From assembly GCA_045533115.1 (NCBI GenBank), contig JAZSHF010000005.1:3268-67267 (forward strand): a stretch of 64,000 bases of DNA, in the 5' to 3' direction. Below the pieces are notes generated by a model. That model did no database searches, had not been told where the DNA came from, and worked only from the letters and a program-made list of their open reading frames with translations. A program made the translations under genes and the position numbers. Shown here in pieces: positions 37,911 to 47,887 of the stretch (positions are counted from its first letter, which is position 1; each line of letters starts with the position of its first letter). Origin of the DNA: Eubacteriales bacterium. Lineage in GTDB: Bacteria > Bacillota > Clostridia > Oscillospirales > CAG-272.

Positions 37911-39488
37911 TTAAAACCTCTTATATCTCTTAATTATCTCCTCGGCGACTTTGATGCCGTCGACGGCGGCAGAGGTTATACCGCCCGCATATCCGGCACC
38001 CTCGCCGCAGGGATAAATATTATCAAAGCCCTCGGCAATAAGCGCCTCGTTTCTCATAATTCGTAACGGCGCAGAGGTTCTGCTCTCAACTCCCGTCAAG
38101 ATCGCCGACGGGCTTGAAAAGCCCTTTATTTTATGTTCAAAATCGCGGATACCAAGATCAAGCATCGACGAAATGCGCTCGGGGAAGAGCTTTCTCAGGT
38201 CGGCTTCCTTGACCTTTCCCTTTCGGTAGGTCGGGCTGACACGGGACGGAGACCGTCCGCTTGTGCCGTGAAGAAAATCGCCGACCGTCATTATCGGCGC
38301 GGAATAATCGCCTCCGCCGAGCTTGAATGCATCTCGCTCAAGCCTGCGCTGGAATTCGATAGGATCACCGTCGGGCATTACGTTTACGGCAAGCGCGGAA
38401 TTGGAGTTAACGCCGTCGCGCTTATAACGCGACATTCCGTTCGTAACCACGCCTTCCTCTTCCGATGCGGCGGCAACTACCTCGCCGCCGGGACACATAC
38501 AAAATGAGTAAACGCAGTCCTCGCCGATACGCTTTGAAAGTGTATATTCAGCGGCACCGAGTCGGCTGTCGCCCGCGTGTTTGCCGTAAACGGCACGGTC
38601 AATGTCCTCTCTTAAATGCTCAATACGAACACCGACCGAAAAGGGCTTTGGAACAAGCTTAAAGCCCGCGCCTTTAAGATAATAATATGTATCTCTTGCG
38701 CTGTGACCGATTGCGAGAATAACGGCGGAGCAGGGAATCTCTCCGTTATTCGTCTTAACGGCATTTGCCTTGCCGCCATTCATTACTATTCCGTCAAGAC
38801 GCGTGTTATATCTTATTTCGCCGCCAAGCTCGGTTATCCGCGCGGCGACGTTATTTACTACTCCAAGGAGCTTGTCGGTGCCGATATGAGGCTTCGCGTG
38901 AAGAAGCACCTCCTTCGGCGCGCCAAAGGAATAAAGCCGATGAAGAACGTAACCGACGCGCGCGTCGTTTATGCGAGTGACGAGCTTGCCGTCGGAAAAG
39001 GTGCCTGCGCCGCCCGCGCCGAACTGAATATTGCTCTCGGTGTCAAGAATTCCGTCGCGGGAAAATCTTCCGACCTTCTGGGTGCGGGTGAGTACGTTGT
39101 CGCCGCGCTCAATAACTATCGGGCGGTAACCCTTTTCGGCAAGCATAAGAGCGGAAAACATTCCGCAAGGCCCGAAGCCGACGACGACGGGACGCTCGGT
39201 CATAATTTCGTTTCCCGAGCTTACTCCGTCGAGCGGATCGCTTTCGTATAGCTCTGCCGCGTCAATGGCTTTAAGCTCATTTTCTGTCAGATCGTTTGCC
39301 ACTTCAACGGCAACCGACCATACGAACGTGACCTCTCTGCGCCGAGTATCAACGGAGCGGCGGAAAATATGCTTATTTATAATATCCTTTTTGAGAGTGA
39401 ACGGAGCAAGCCGAGAACAGGCCTGCTCCATTACCTCGCTTTCCGACACCGATATCGGTGTGCGGATGTTTCGTATTACAATTTTCAT
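37911..39488 (-). CDS. FAD-dependent protein (COG2509-like NAD(FAD)-utilising dehydrogenase)
   Basis: Dinucleotide-binding motif VVVGFGPCGMF. I chose the start MKIVIRN at 39488, because the track's 30-aa N-terminal extension is encoded by a repeat element. Confidence 0.75.
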   Translation of the reverse strand: MKIVIRNIRTPISVSESEVMEQACSRLAPFTLKKDIINKHIFRRSVDTRRREVTFVWSVAVEVANDLTENELKAIDAAELYESDPLDGVSSGNEIMTERPVVVGFGPCGMFSALMLAEKGYRPIVIERGDNVLTRTQKVGRFSRDGILDTESNIQFGAGGAGTFSDGKLVTRINDARVGYVLHRLYSFGAPKEVLLHAKPHIGTDKLLGVVNNVAARITELGGEIRYNTRLDGIVMNGGKANAVKTNNGEIPCSAVILAIGHSARDTYYYLKGAGFKLVPKPFSVGVRIEHLREDIDRAVYGKHAGDSRLGAAEYTLSKRIGEDCVYSFCMCPGGEVVAAASEEEGVVTNGMSRYKRDGVNSNSALAVNVMPDGDPIEFQRRLERDAFKLGGGDYSAPIMTVGDFLHGTSGRSPSRVSPTYRKGKVKEADLRKLFPERISSMLDLGIRDFEHKIKGFSSPSAILTGVESRTSAPLRIMRNEALIAEGFDNIYPCGEGAGYAGGITSAAVDGIKVAEEIIKRYKRF

Positions 39489-39532
39489 TTTTGACCTGTT
39501 ATTTGCAGTTAAAATAATCGGGGCATTGTTAT

Positions 39533-39666
39533 ACCTTCTCCGGCGGGAGAACGGTGCGGTAGTTTGCGCTTTGCGCAACCTACTATGGTCGGATGAGGTG
39601 TCGAATAAGGGAACTTACTCCTCATCCACCACCTTCGGTGGTTCCCCTTCTCCCTCAGGAGAAGGT
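39533..39666. repeat. Mosaic hairpin repeat
   Basis: ACCTTCTCCGGCGGGAGAACGGT ... GGATGAGGTGT CGAATAAGGGAACTTACTC CTCATCC ACCACCTTCGGTGGT TCCCCTTCTCCCTCAGGAGAAGGT. Confidence 0.85.
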
Positions 39667-39704
39667 CAACAACGTGTCGAAGCATCGGGGCGTTCTTTTG
39701 CCTT

Positions 39705-40970
39705 TTATTTTCTTCTCGCCGCGCTTGCGTTAACGGTTACGGTATAGGGCGAGCCCTCTTGATAGATCTCGTAAACGCTTCCCGACAATTCTCCGAGAAA
39801 CTCAAACGTAACGGGAGCGGTGACGGTTCCGGATGCATTCTCAGCGACCTTGACGGTTGCCTTTATCAGCGACTGATCAAGCCGACCCATAACGGCGCTT
39901 TCGCCGCGGAATTTTGCCGTAATGCTTGTGATCCTTACGTTATTTGCGTCGAAAACGGGGATGGTAAGCTCCTTTTCGGTGAAATTCTTCAAGGATACCG
40001 TCACGTTTATCGACTTTACGTTATCGAGGTTCTGTACACCCGCAGGTAGACCGACGACGCAGTTTACGGGGATACCGTTCTTGAGCGTCTTTTCGTCGAT
40101 TATACATTTGACGGTCAGGTTTTTGATCGTACCGATCTCGCCGTAAACTTTGAGAGTCTGACGGCTGAGCGTAACGTTTGCGTTTTCGCTTTTCTGAATG
40201 CCGTGCTTGAATACTACCTCGATCGGCACGGTAGCGTTTCCGTAAAGGGAAACGGTGACCGACGAGCTGTTAGAGGAAAGACGCACGTAGCGGCGGTCGG
40301 ACTCGGAGATCTCGAGACCGTCCTCGCCGATAAGCTTGACCTTTTCGCTGTAAATTCTTCCGCTCGTTATTGCTTCGCCCTTAAGGTCGATGGGAAGCTC
40401 GGCGCGGACGATGCTGTTAACGATCTGCTCGGGCCCCGTGATCTTAACGGCGGGAATATCGCTCAGATGGAGCGAGTATTCGCTCGACATCGAGTAGTTA
40501 AAAGGCTTGGCTTCGACCGGAATATCCTTTGAAGCGGTATTGTCGAGGTAAACGGTGAGCGTTCCGATGCTCGACTTTTCAAGCGTAACGCCGTTTGGCA
40601 GCTTAAAAACGATATCGAAGAACTTTTCTCCCGCCTCGGTTACGTTCGACACGTCAACGTAGGCGCGGATGTCGGAATTTTTCACCTTTCTGAGTGCACC
40701 GGCGTTGCCCGAGAGGGTAACGTCGACGGTCGTTCCGTCTCCCGAAAGAACGGCAAAGCCGCCGTGGTTTACGATCTCAACGGGAACTGCGGTGAATTCC
40801 TTTTCCTGGATTACCGTGTCGATGCTCGACGCGTAGTACCAGAGGAAAAACGCGAGAAGCAGGCATATTATCTTCGCAAGAAAATCAATAGTCTTGTTTC
40901 TCTTGACGGTAATATTGCCCTCTGTTTCGACTATTTCGGGGCGAAGGTCGGTCTTTACTTCATTTTCCAT
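39705..40970 (-). CDS. cdaR: YbbR-domain protein (CdaA regulator CdaR)
   Basis: 421-aa ORF with an N-terminal TM helix and repeated YbbR-like beta modules. Its start overlaps the end of cdaA. Confidence 0.8.
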   Translation of the reverse strand: MENEVKTDLRPEIVETEGNITVKRNKTIDFLAKIICLLLAFFLWYYASSIDTVIQEKEFTAVPVEIVNHGGFAVLSGDGTTVDVTLSGNAGALRKVKNSDIRAYVDVSNVTEAGEKFFDIVFKLPNGVTLEKSSIGTLTVYLDNTASKDIPVEAKPFNYSMSSEYSLHLSDIPAVKITGPEQIVNSIVRAELPIDLKGEAITSGRIYSEKVKLIGEDGLEISESDRRYVRLSSNSSSVTVSLYGNATVPIEVVFKHGIQKSENANVTLSRQTLKVYGEIGTIKNLTVKCIIDEKTLKNGIPVNCVVGLPAGVQNLDNVKSINVTVSLKNFTEKELTIPVFDANNVRITSITAKFRGESAVMGRLDQSLIKATVKVAENASGTVTAPVTFEFLGELSGSVYEIYQEGSPYTVTVNASAARRK

Positions 40971-41844
40971 TCGACTCGCCCTCCTTTTTTGCGGTGTTTT
41001 TATCTTTTTTATGGGTAAATATCTTCGGAACTACGGTCTTTTCACCCTCAGACAGGAAAAGTCCTTCAAGCTCCTTTTTAAGCGAATTGTGGGTATATCC
41101 GCGCTTCATCTGTCCGTTCATTGCGATAGATATCGTTCCCGTTTCTTCGGAAACGATGATGACTACGGCGTCACTTTCCTCGCTTATTCCGATGCCCGCA
41201 CGGTGACGGGTTCCGAGGTCCTTTATTATCTCCTCGTTCGTCGAGAGGGGAAGGAAGCAGCCCGCAGAGGCGATACGCCAATCACGGATTATGACCGCTC
41301 CGTCGTGAAGCGGAGCGCCCTCGTAAAACACGTTGCGGAGCATAAATGACGATACGTCGGCGTTCACTGTGACACCGCTCTTTGCGACGTCGCCGAGCTT
41401 TGTCGTGCGCTCCATAACTATAAGCGCGCCTGTACGCGAGCGTCCAAGCTGAGATACTGCGGCCGAAATTTCGGCAATCCCCGCCGCTGCACCCTCGTTT
41501 GCGTCCTTGTGCTCCGTTTTCGGAATGAAGCCCTTGAAGCGTTCGCCGCCCATCTTTTCAAGCGCGGCGCGAAGCTCGGGCTGGAATACGATAACGAGCG
41601 CGACGAAGCCGACCTGGAACAGGTTCGTCATAATGAACGACACCGAGGACAGACCTATCATACTGCCGAGAAGCATTATTGCGATAAGCAAAGCGACACC
41701 GACGGCGAGCTTGCCCGCACGTCTGTCGCGAATAAAGGCGTAGACGAAATACATCATTATGGCGACAAGCAGTATGTCTATAACGTCAAGAATATTCATA
41801 TTCAAGAGCTGATACTTAAACGTCTCCCATGTAAATAAGCCCAT
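40960..41844 (-). CDS. cdaA: Diadenylate cyclase
   Basis: Three N-terminal TM helices and a DAC domain (DGAVII, RHRAG). I chose the start at 41844 (RBS AAAGGTGGGA). Confidence 0.92.
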   Translation of the reverse strand: MGLFTWETFKYQLLNMNILDVIDILLVAIMMYFVYAFIRDRRAGKLAVGVALLIAIMLLGSMIGLSSVSFIMTNLFQVGFVALVIVFQPELRAALEKMGGERFKGFIPKTEHKDANEGAAAGIAEISAAVSQLGRSRTGALIVMERTTKLGDVAKSGVTVNADVSSFMLRNVFYEGAPLHDGAVIIRDWRIASAGCFLPLSTNEEIIKDLGTRHRAGIGISEESDAVVIIVSEETGTISIAMNGQMKRGYTHNSLKKELEGLFLSEGEKTVVPKIFTHKKDKNTAKKEGESNGK

Positions 41845-42278
41845 TTCGGTCCCACCTTTTCTCTGAATTTGCATTCCTGCACGCAAAAAACGTGTTCGCG
41901 TGGAAATATTCTAATCCATTTTTTATTGTAGCACAATTTTTTTCATATTGCAATTAGTATTTATAATAAAATTAAAATATTTGTAGAGAAATATACGCGA
42001 GAAGGGGCTGCATAACGTGGCGAAGGGTTAAACCGTTTTCATAGGGGCGTTGCGAATAGCCCGTTTGTTAAACATTTACGGGAGGAGCAAGCCCCCTGCC
42101 CGGGTTGGAGGTGACGCCCTCTTGTCTTCCTCAATGCCGAAAAAACCAACATAGCAAAATCCCCAAAACATTACCTCGAATGATAACAAAATTTTCTCTG
42201 CCCCTTCTTGATTTTACTTCGCTGATGTGTTATACTGTGGTATAATGAGAAATTTTGTTGAAATGTGAGGAAAAAACA

Positions 42279-43520
42279 ATGGTAGAAGAAACACTCCGCT
42301 TTTTGACCGAAAATGACCCCGAGGTCGGAAAGGCAATAGAAGCAGAGTTCGAGCGTCAGTGCGACGGCATCGAGCTTATCGCATCGGAAAACTTCGTTTC
42401 CCCCGCAGTAATGGCGGCGGCAGGAACCATTCTTACGAATAAATACGCAGAGGGATATCCGGGCAAGCGCTACTACGGCGGCTGTGAAAAGGTCGACGTA
42501 GTCGAGGATATCGCGCGCGACCGCGCAAAGAAGCTCTTCGGCGCAGAGCACGCGAACGTTCAGCCCCATAGCGGCTCGCAGGCAAATACCGCAGTGTACG
42601 TTGCGCTTCTTCAGGCGGGAGATACCGTAATGGGTATGTCGCTTGCGGACGGCGGACACCTCACACACGGAAGCCCCGTAAACATCTCGGGTCTTTACTA
42701 TAATTTCGTTTCCTACGGCGTCGACCCCGTAACTCACCTTATCGACTACGATAAGCTTGAAGCACAGGCAATGGAGGTCAAGCCGAAGCTCATCGTCGCA
42801 GGTGCGTCGGCATATCCCCGCGTTATCGACTTTGAGAGAATGTCTGAGATAGCAAAGAAGTGCGGCGCATATCTTATGGTAGATATGGCACACATCGCAG
42901 GACTTGTTGCGGCAGGACTTCATCCGAACCCCGTTCCCTACGCAGACGTAGTTACGACGACTACTCATAAGACGCTTCGCGGCCCCCGCGGAGGACTTAT
43001 CCTCTGCCGCGAGGAGCTTGCAAAGAAGATAGATAAGGCGATATTCCCCGGAATCCAGGGCGGACCGCTTCTTCATATCATCGCCGCAAAGGCAGTATGC
43101 TTCGGCGAGGCACTCAAGCCCGAGTTTAAGGCATATCAGGAGCAGATCGTAAAGAACGCAAAGGTTCTTGCAGATACTCTCGTCAGTGAGGGCTTCGACC
43201 TCGTATCGGGCGGAACCGATAACCACCTTATGCTCGTTGACCTTCGTAACTTCAACGTAACGGGCAAGGAAATGGAGCACCGTCTTGACGAGGTACATAT
43301 CACCGCAAACAAGAACGCCATTCCGAACGATCCCGCAAGTCCCTTTATCACAAGCGGTATCAGAGTAGGCACCCCCGCCGCAACGACGAGAGGTCTTAAG
43401 GAAGAGGATATGGTAACGATCGGTAAGCTCATCAAGCTCGTTGCTTCCGATTTTGAAAACTCCGCTGATTATATCAGAGCCGAAGTCAAGAAGCTCTGCG
43501 AAAAGTATCCGCTTTATTAA
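42279..43520 (+). CDS. glyA: Serine hydroxymethyltransferase
   Basis: SHMT motifs ([22 protein letters not shown]). I chose the start at 42279 (RBS GTGAGG). Confidence 0.97.
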   Translation: MVEETLRFLTENDPEVGKAIEAEFERQCDGIELIASENFVSPAVMAAAGTILTNKYAEGYPGKRYYGGCEKVDVVEDIARDRAKKLFGAEHANVQPHSGSQANTAVYVALLQAGDTVMGMSLADGGHLTHGSPVNISGLYYNFVSYGVDPVTHLIDYDKLEAQAMEVKPKLIVAGASAYPRVIDFERMSEIAKKCGAYLMVDMAHIAGLVAAGLHPNPVPYADVVTTTTHKTLRGPRGGLILCREELAKKIDKAIFPGIQGGPLLHIIAAKAVCFGEALKPEFKAYQEQIVKNAKVLADTLVSEGFDLVSGGTDNHLMLVDLRNFNVTGKEMEHRLDEVHITANKNAIPNDPASPFITSGIRVGTPAATTRGLKEEDMVTIGKLIKLVASDFENSADYIRAEVKKLCEKYPLY

Positions 43521-43538
43521 GCGTAATTACCCGAAATA

Positions 43539-43572
43539 AAAACTCCGTTTTCGAGGGAAAACGGAGTTTTTT
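43539..43572 (+). terminator. Intrinsic terminator after glyA
   Basis: AACTCCGTTTTCGAGGGAAAACGGAGTT followed by TTTTT. Confidence 0.8.
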
Positions 43573-43602
43573 GAGGAAGATAAAGACAGACAGGGAAAAA
43601 TT

Positions 43603-44517
43603 ATGCACTACATAGTCCTCGACCTTGAATGGAACCAAGCGCTGTCCCGCGAGCAGTTCGTGACCGAACCGGTCAAGCTGCGCGGCGAGATCGTGCAGAT
43701 CGGTGCGGTGAAGCTCGACGGCAGCTTCAACACTGTGGACGTTTTCAAAATAATGATATCTCCGCGCCACTACAAAATAATGAATTATAAGGTGCGCGAG
43801 CTGACGGGGATCCGCACGTCAGACCTGAAGCGCGGACACGCCTTCCCGACCGCATACCGCCTTTTTACGAAGTGGTGCGGATCAGAATGCACGCTCCTTA
43901 CCTGGGGCTGTGACGATATTCCGATGCTGAAGGACAATATGACGCTGCACGGTATCGACACCGAGTCGCTCCCGCCGCATTATGACGTTCAGCCGATATT
44001 TGATTCGCAAATAACCAAGGAAAAACGCCAGCACTCGCTTACTGCCGCGATGGAAATACTGAACGAGCCGCCGTTTGAAGCACACGACGCATTAAACGAC
44101 GCGCTCAGCACGGCGGCGATCTGCCGGCATCTTGATATGGAAGCGGGCTTTAACGGCTATGACGATATAACGAGAAGCTCAAAGCTCCCGCCGATCGGCA
44201 AGAGCTTTGCGAAATTCAGCGAAATTTTGAGGGACGAAGAGGTAAACACCTTCGTCTGCCCCGAATGCAGAAGGCTTCTGCAAAGCGGCGAATGGGTCTC
44301 GTGCCGCAGAGGCAAGGTAATGTCGAAGCTCGACTGCGAATGCGGCGGAAAATATCTTGCATTCCTGTTTTGCATCAAAAATAAGGACGGCACCTACCGC
44401 GTCGGACGCAAAATGCCTGCCCGCGAGGAATCAGACGACGCCTATTACGCGAAAAAACACGCTCAAAGCGAGGAGTGGCACAAAAAGAGGGCTGAACGCA
44501 CCCTTGTGAATGCCTGA
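43603..44517 (+). CDS. DEDDh 3'-5' exonuclease domain protein with a Cys-rich C-terminal extension
   Basis: LDLEWN (Exo I), IVQIGAV, HDALNDA (Exo III). The C-terminus has CPECRR...C....C.C. Confidence 0.75.
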   Translation: MHYIVLDLEWNQALSREQFVTEPVKLRGEIVQIGAVKLDGSFNTVDVFKIMISPRHYKIMNYKVRELTGIRTSDLKRGHAFPTAYRLFTKWCGSECTLLTWGCDDIPMLKDNMTLHGIDTESLPPHYDVQPIFDSQITKEKRQHSLTAAMEILNEPPFEAHDALNDALSTAAICRHLDMEAGFNGYDDITRSSKLPPIGKSFAKFSEILRDEEVNTFVCPECRRLLQSGEWVSCRRGKVMSKLDCECGGKYLAFLFCIKNKDGTYRVGRKMPAREESDDAYYAKKHAQSEEWHKKRAERTLVNA

Positions 44518-44584
44518 ATACCAAGGGTATTGCATTTTTTTGAGGAATAGGGTATAATGATAAAAAGCGAAAAGGAGAATTCCT

Positions 44585-45232
44585 ATGCCGACAGATAATA
44601 TTTATGAAATAAAGACGAATAAGAGCAACCTGTTTCTGCGCGTAGCGCGCGGTCACTTTGCAACGAGCCATAGCCATATAAACTATTATATCGACGTGAC
44701 GAAGCAAAAGACGCGTCTGTCCGAAGCGAAGGCGGTCGGGGCGGAGCTTGCCGCACATTATATCGGAAGCTCTGTCGTGAATACCGTGCTTTGCCTTGAC
44801 GGAACCGAGGTTATAGGCGCTTGCCTTGCAAATGAGCTTACAAAGACCTCGTACGCGGGGATCAATTCGAATCAGACGATAAACGTTCTGACCCCTGAGT
44901 ATACGGCGGGAAACCAGCTGCTCTTCCGCGACAGCGTTTCTCCGATGATAACGGGCAACCGCGTGCTTATCCTTGCCGCATCGATCGTAACGGGCTTTAC
45001 GGCGCGCGGTGCGATTGAAGCGATCCGCTACTACGGCGGAGACGTGGCGGGCGTTTGCTCAATATTTGCTATCGCAGATGAGTGTATGGGATATCCCGTT
45101 TGCTCGATATTTGATCTAAAGGATCTGAACGATTACGTCAGCTACGGCTCGCACGAATGCCCTATGTGCAAAAACGGTCAGAAGATAGACGCGTTGATAA
45201 ACCGCTTCGGCCATTCAAAGCTTGAATATTGA
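44585..45232 (+). CDS. Phosphoribosyltransferase-domain protein
   Basis: The PRPP-binding-loop-like sequence RVLILAASIVTGFTA and a C-terminal HECPMCKNG. The substrate is unknown. Confidence 0.6.
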   Translation: MPTDNIYEIKTNKSNLFLRVARGHFATSHSHINYYIDVTKQKTRLSEAKAVGAELAAHYIGSSVVNTVLCLDGTEVIGACLANELTKTSYAGINSNQTINVLTPEYTAGNQLLFRDSVSPMITGNRVLILAASIVTGFTARGAIEAIRYYGGDVAGVCSIFAIADECMGYPVCSIFDLKDLNDYVSYGSHECPMCKNGQKIDALINRFGHSKLEY

Positions 45233-45236
45233 TATA

Positions 45237-45263
45237 AAAAGAGCCCTCATGGGCTCTTTTTTG
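45237..45263 (+). terminator. Intrinsic terminator
   Basis: GAGCCC-tcat-GGGCTC followed by TTTTTT. Confidence 0.8.
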
Positions 45264-45302
45264 TCGCTTTCCATGTGAGAGAATAGATCGAACGCCCTCT
45301 TG

Positions 45303-45417
45303 CCTTCTCCGGCGGGAGAAGGTGACGCCGAAGGCGTCGGATGAGGTGTAGGTTGCGAAGCAACCGTATGCCAAAACAAAGTAACATCATTTTTGTGCGG
45401 GCGACCATCGGTCGCCC
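45303..45417. repeat. Left arm, GTAG hairpin, connector and REP (half mosaic)
   Basis: CCTTCTCCGGCGGGAGAAGG TGACGCCGAAGGCGTC GGATGAGGT GTAGGTTGCGAAGCAACC ... AAAGTAACATCATTTTTGT GC GGGCGACCATCGGTCGCCC. Confidence 0.85.
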
Positions 45418-45433
45418 GTCTGTTTAACTTCAA

Positions 45434-45461
45434 AATAAAAACGCCCCAATGACGGGGCGTT
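45434..45461 (-). terminator. Intrinsic terminator
   Basis: ACGCCCC-aatgac-GGGGCGT with a U-run on the minus strand. Confidence 0.75.
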
Positions 45462-45482
45462 AATTACAAAAAGAGGTTTATA

Positions 45483-45782
45483 TCATTTGTATCTCGACAT
45501 CTCAATCTCCCATAGCTCGTCAATGCTCTTGTCTTTGTCGGAGAACCAGTAGATCGACACCTTGCGATATATATGCAGGTCGCCTTTGTTGCTTCCGTCG
45601 GGGCTTGATGCTAAATACTTGTTCCAAACGACGATCTTATAGGTGAGGGAGGCGTAAACCTTTGTTCCACCGTCCTTGCAGGTGCTTTGCGGAATAGGTA
45701 AAAACAAGATGGTTGCTACCGTTATAACTATGACGATCGAAGCTATAAGTATCTTTTTCATTTTTACCTCCTTAAATTTCAA
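45483..45782 (-). CDS. Small membrane-anchored hypothetical protein
   Basis: 99-aa ORF with an N-terminal TM/signal segment. Overlaps the murI stop by 4 nt. Confidence 0.55.
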   Translation of the reverse strand: MKFKEVKMKKILIASIVIVITVATILFLPIPQSTCKDGGTKVYASLTYKIVVWNKYLASSPDGSNKGDLHIYRKVSIYWFSDKDKSIDELWEIEMSRYK

Positions 45783-46567
45783 TATTCATTTATATTTATC
45801 TTCTCAACCGTTCCGTTTATCTCTTTTCCAAGGAAAAGAGAAGCGTTCGCAACGAACGTCGTCGGGTCGTCGCTGACGTAGTAGCTGACCGAACCGTTTC
45901 CGCCGCTCTCCGTTTTTCCAAGCACTTCAAGCGCCTTTTTTGCCGCCTCGGCACCGGAATTTATAAGAGTAACGTTCGGAAGCACCTTTGAGATGACGCC
46001 CGCAATTATCGGATAGTGCGTACAGCCGAGAATGAGCGTGTCGGCACCGCTCTCTCTTATCCCTGAAAGATAATGCTCGACCGTCAGGCGGGTTATCTCG
46101 CAGTTATCGGAAATAAATCCGTTCTCAACGAGCGGAACGAAAAGAGGACACGCCTGCGTTATTACCTCGGCGTCGGGCGAAAGCTTCTTTATCTCGCGCT
46201 CAAACGCACCGCTTCTTATTGTCGCGGCAGTTCCGATGACGGCGATCTTGCCGTTTTTCGTTGCCTTGACCGCCGCCTCGGCAGACGGCTCGACGACACC
46301 GATGACGGGAATCGGAAGAGTTGCCTTGAGATGGTCTATCGACGTCGTGCTGACGGTACCGCAGGCGACGACGATGGCGTCGACCTCTTTGCTCATCAAA
46401 AACGCGGCGTCCTGAGACGCGTATTTGGTTATCGTGTCAGAGGAGCGGTTTCCGTAAGGAACACGTCCTGTGTCGCCGAAGTATATAAGCTCCTCGCTCG
46501 GCGAGAGCGTGAGCATTTCCTTAATGGCGGTAAGTCCGCCGAGACCGCTGTCAAAAATTCCTATCAT
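45779..46567 (-). CDS. murI: Glutamate racemase
   Basis: 262-aa ORF with the motifs IGIFDSGLGGLT, VVACGT and LGCTHYP. Confidence 0.95.
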   Translation of the reverse strand: MIGIFDSGLGGLTAIKEMLTLSPSEELIYFGDTGRVPYGNRSSDTITKYASQDAAFLMSKEVDAIVVACGTVSTTSIDHLKATLPIPVIGVVEPSAEAAVKATKNGKIAVIGTAATIRSGAFEREIKKLSPDAEVITQACPLFVPLVENGFISDNCEITRLTVEHYLSGIRESGADTLILGCTHYPIIAGVISKVLPNVTLINSGAEAAKKALEVLGKTESGGNGSVSYYVSDDPTTFVANASLFLGKEINGTVEKININEY

Positions 46568-46578
46568 AATAACCTCAA

Positions 46579-47154
46579 TTAAAGCTCGTCGAGCGAATAA
46601 GAGAACGCATCAAGCATATTTTCCCTGAAATAACGAAGCTCGTCGCTGTCGATGCTGTCGAGGATCGCTTCGGTCGACCTTCTCGCCGCGGTAAATTCGC
46701 GGTTGCCTGCCGCTTCTTCGGTAAGACACTTTATGTAAGCGCAAAGCTTGTCGGCAATTTTCACGAGCCTGACACTCTCGGCGTCGGCTTCGGCCGGCGT
46801 GAGCAGGCCCTCATAGGTCGGGCGGAGCTCAGGCGGAAGCTTTGAAAGCAACCGCTCGATCGAGTGGCGCTCGATTTCGGTGTAATCGCGCTTCGTTTCG
46901 GGGCTGAAATACTTGATCGGCGTCGGGAGATCCCCCGTGAACACCTCTGCGGCATCGTGAAACAGAGCAATGGCGGCAACACGCTCGGGATCGTAGCTTT
47001 TGCCGAAAACGGTGTTGCCGATAACGGCGAGCGCGTGAGCAATGACTGCCGCCTCGGCGGTATGCTCGGCGAGCGTTTCGCGCGTGACGGAGCGCATCAG
47101 CCCCCATCTCGTTATGTATTTTTGTCTGAAAAGCAGTGCGTAGAAGCTGTTCAT
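46579..47154 (-). CDS. HD-domain 5'-deoxynucleotidase (YfbR-like)
   Basis: RWG...ESLAEH-type N-terminus (TRWGLMRSVTRETLAEHT) and HD at FHDAAE. I chose the start at 47154. Confidence 0.75.
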   Translation of the reverse strand: MNSFYALLFRQKYITRWGLMRSVTRETLAEHTAEAAVIAHALAVIGNTVFGKSYDPERVAAIALFHDAAEVFTGDLPTPIKYFSPETKRDYTEIERHSIERLLSKLPPELRPTYEGLLTPAEADAESVRLVKIADKLCAYIKCLTEEAAGNREFTAARRSTEAILDSIDSDELRYFRENMLDAFSYSLDEL

Positions 47155-47582
47155 TTCTATATCCTCGTTTTCGGTTTGCTTCCTTATTATATCATTATAT
47201 ACGCACATTGTCAAGGCGGTGAAGAAGTTTGCGGAGGACTGAGGCGGCGCGCAAAAAACACCGATATCGGATGTGTAGAATTTTGCGTTCATAATTTGTG
47301 GGGTTTGCACAAAATGCGAAATATGTCGACTTTGTTGTTAAAGTTGACAACAAAAACCCAAAAGGTAAACAAAAATTACTCTTAATCGGCGAAAATTACG
47401 CAAATTACAACCGATATAAGACCTTGCAAATGCCGAAAGGTAAATACAAATTACTCAAAGCGGTTTTAATCAGTTCCAAAATTGCATCAATATCCCGCAA
47501 AAAAAGGTTCAGAGACGGCTCAAAGCGTTCGATTTTCGGACGCAAAATCGCCCTACTGCTTAAAAAGCGCATCGTGCGCGTA

Positions 47583-47611
47583 TTGACAGTACAAAAAAAT
47601 TATGTTATTAT
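47583..47611 (+). promoter_or_regulatory. Candidate promoter of the ABC-type locus
   Basis: TTGACA at 47583-47588, a 17-nt spacer, TATTAT at 47606-47611. Confidence 0.5.
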
Positions 47612-47617
47612 ACTATA

Positions 47618-47884
47618 GTATAAAAAACAAAGGGGATATTCTGCCCTTTTTAGGGTTTTGAGTGTCCTCGGGGGCACCCTTTCGGATGAAATTTCTTATC
47701 CTGCCTCCCGCCGACGGCGTAGCCGAGCGGCAGGTCGAAGAGGATTAGTGATAGGAACGGTTTGATATGCCGACCGGTTCAGAGGAACAAACGGCGTAAA
47801 AGGTCACTTTCGGATTGATCCGGGCTGCGAACGGATCAGCCAAGCGTATTCCCCCGCAAGCAAAATACCACAGGAGGAAAAAGA
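47618..47884 (+). promoter_or_regulatory. Long GC-rich 5' leader of about 265 nt with several hairpins (unclassified)
   Basis: Lies between the candidate promoter and the RBS AGGAGG at 47872. Includes hairpin TTGATCCG-GGCTGCGAA-CGGATCAG (about 47815-47839) and the pairing CTGCC...GGCAG (47701-47733). Confidence 0.35.
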
Positions 47885-47887
47885 TTG

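Noticed and set aside
41887-42278. Origin of replication at the strand-switch gap, or a ZTP/THF-type riboswitch upstream of glyA
   Set aside because: I found no DnaA-box-like 9-mers with two or fewer mismatches and no ZTP or THF consensus segments. The GC-rich pieces at 42040-42110 look like degenerate REP hairpins.
42171-43298. 375-aa ORF on the minus strand
   Set aside because: It is antisense to glyA, has a Cys/Arg-rich low-complexity composition, and shows no start context.
47298-47618. 106-aa Lys-rich plus-strand ORF
   Set aside because: It has a GTG start without an RBS and is low-complexity. It spans direct repeats and the candidate promoter of the ABC-type locus, so I treat the region as regulatory.
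47650-47860. Possible c-di-AMP (ydaO-type) riboswitch in the ABC-locus leader
   Set aside because: Only short, loosely similar segments match the consensus as I remember it, and they are separated by about 170 nt instead of forming a compact 130-150-nt fold. This cannot be supported without a covariance-model scan.
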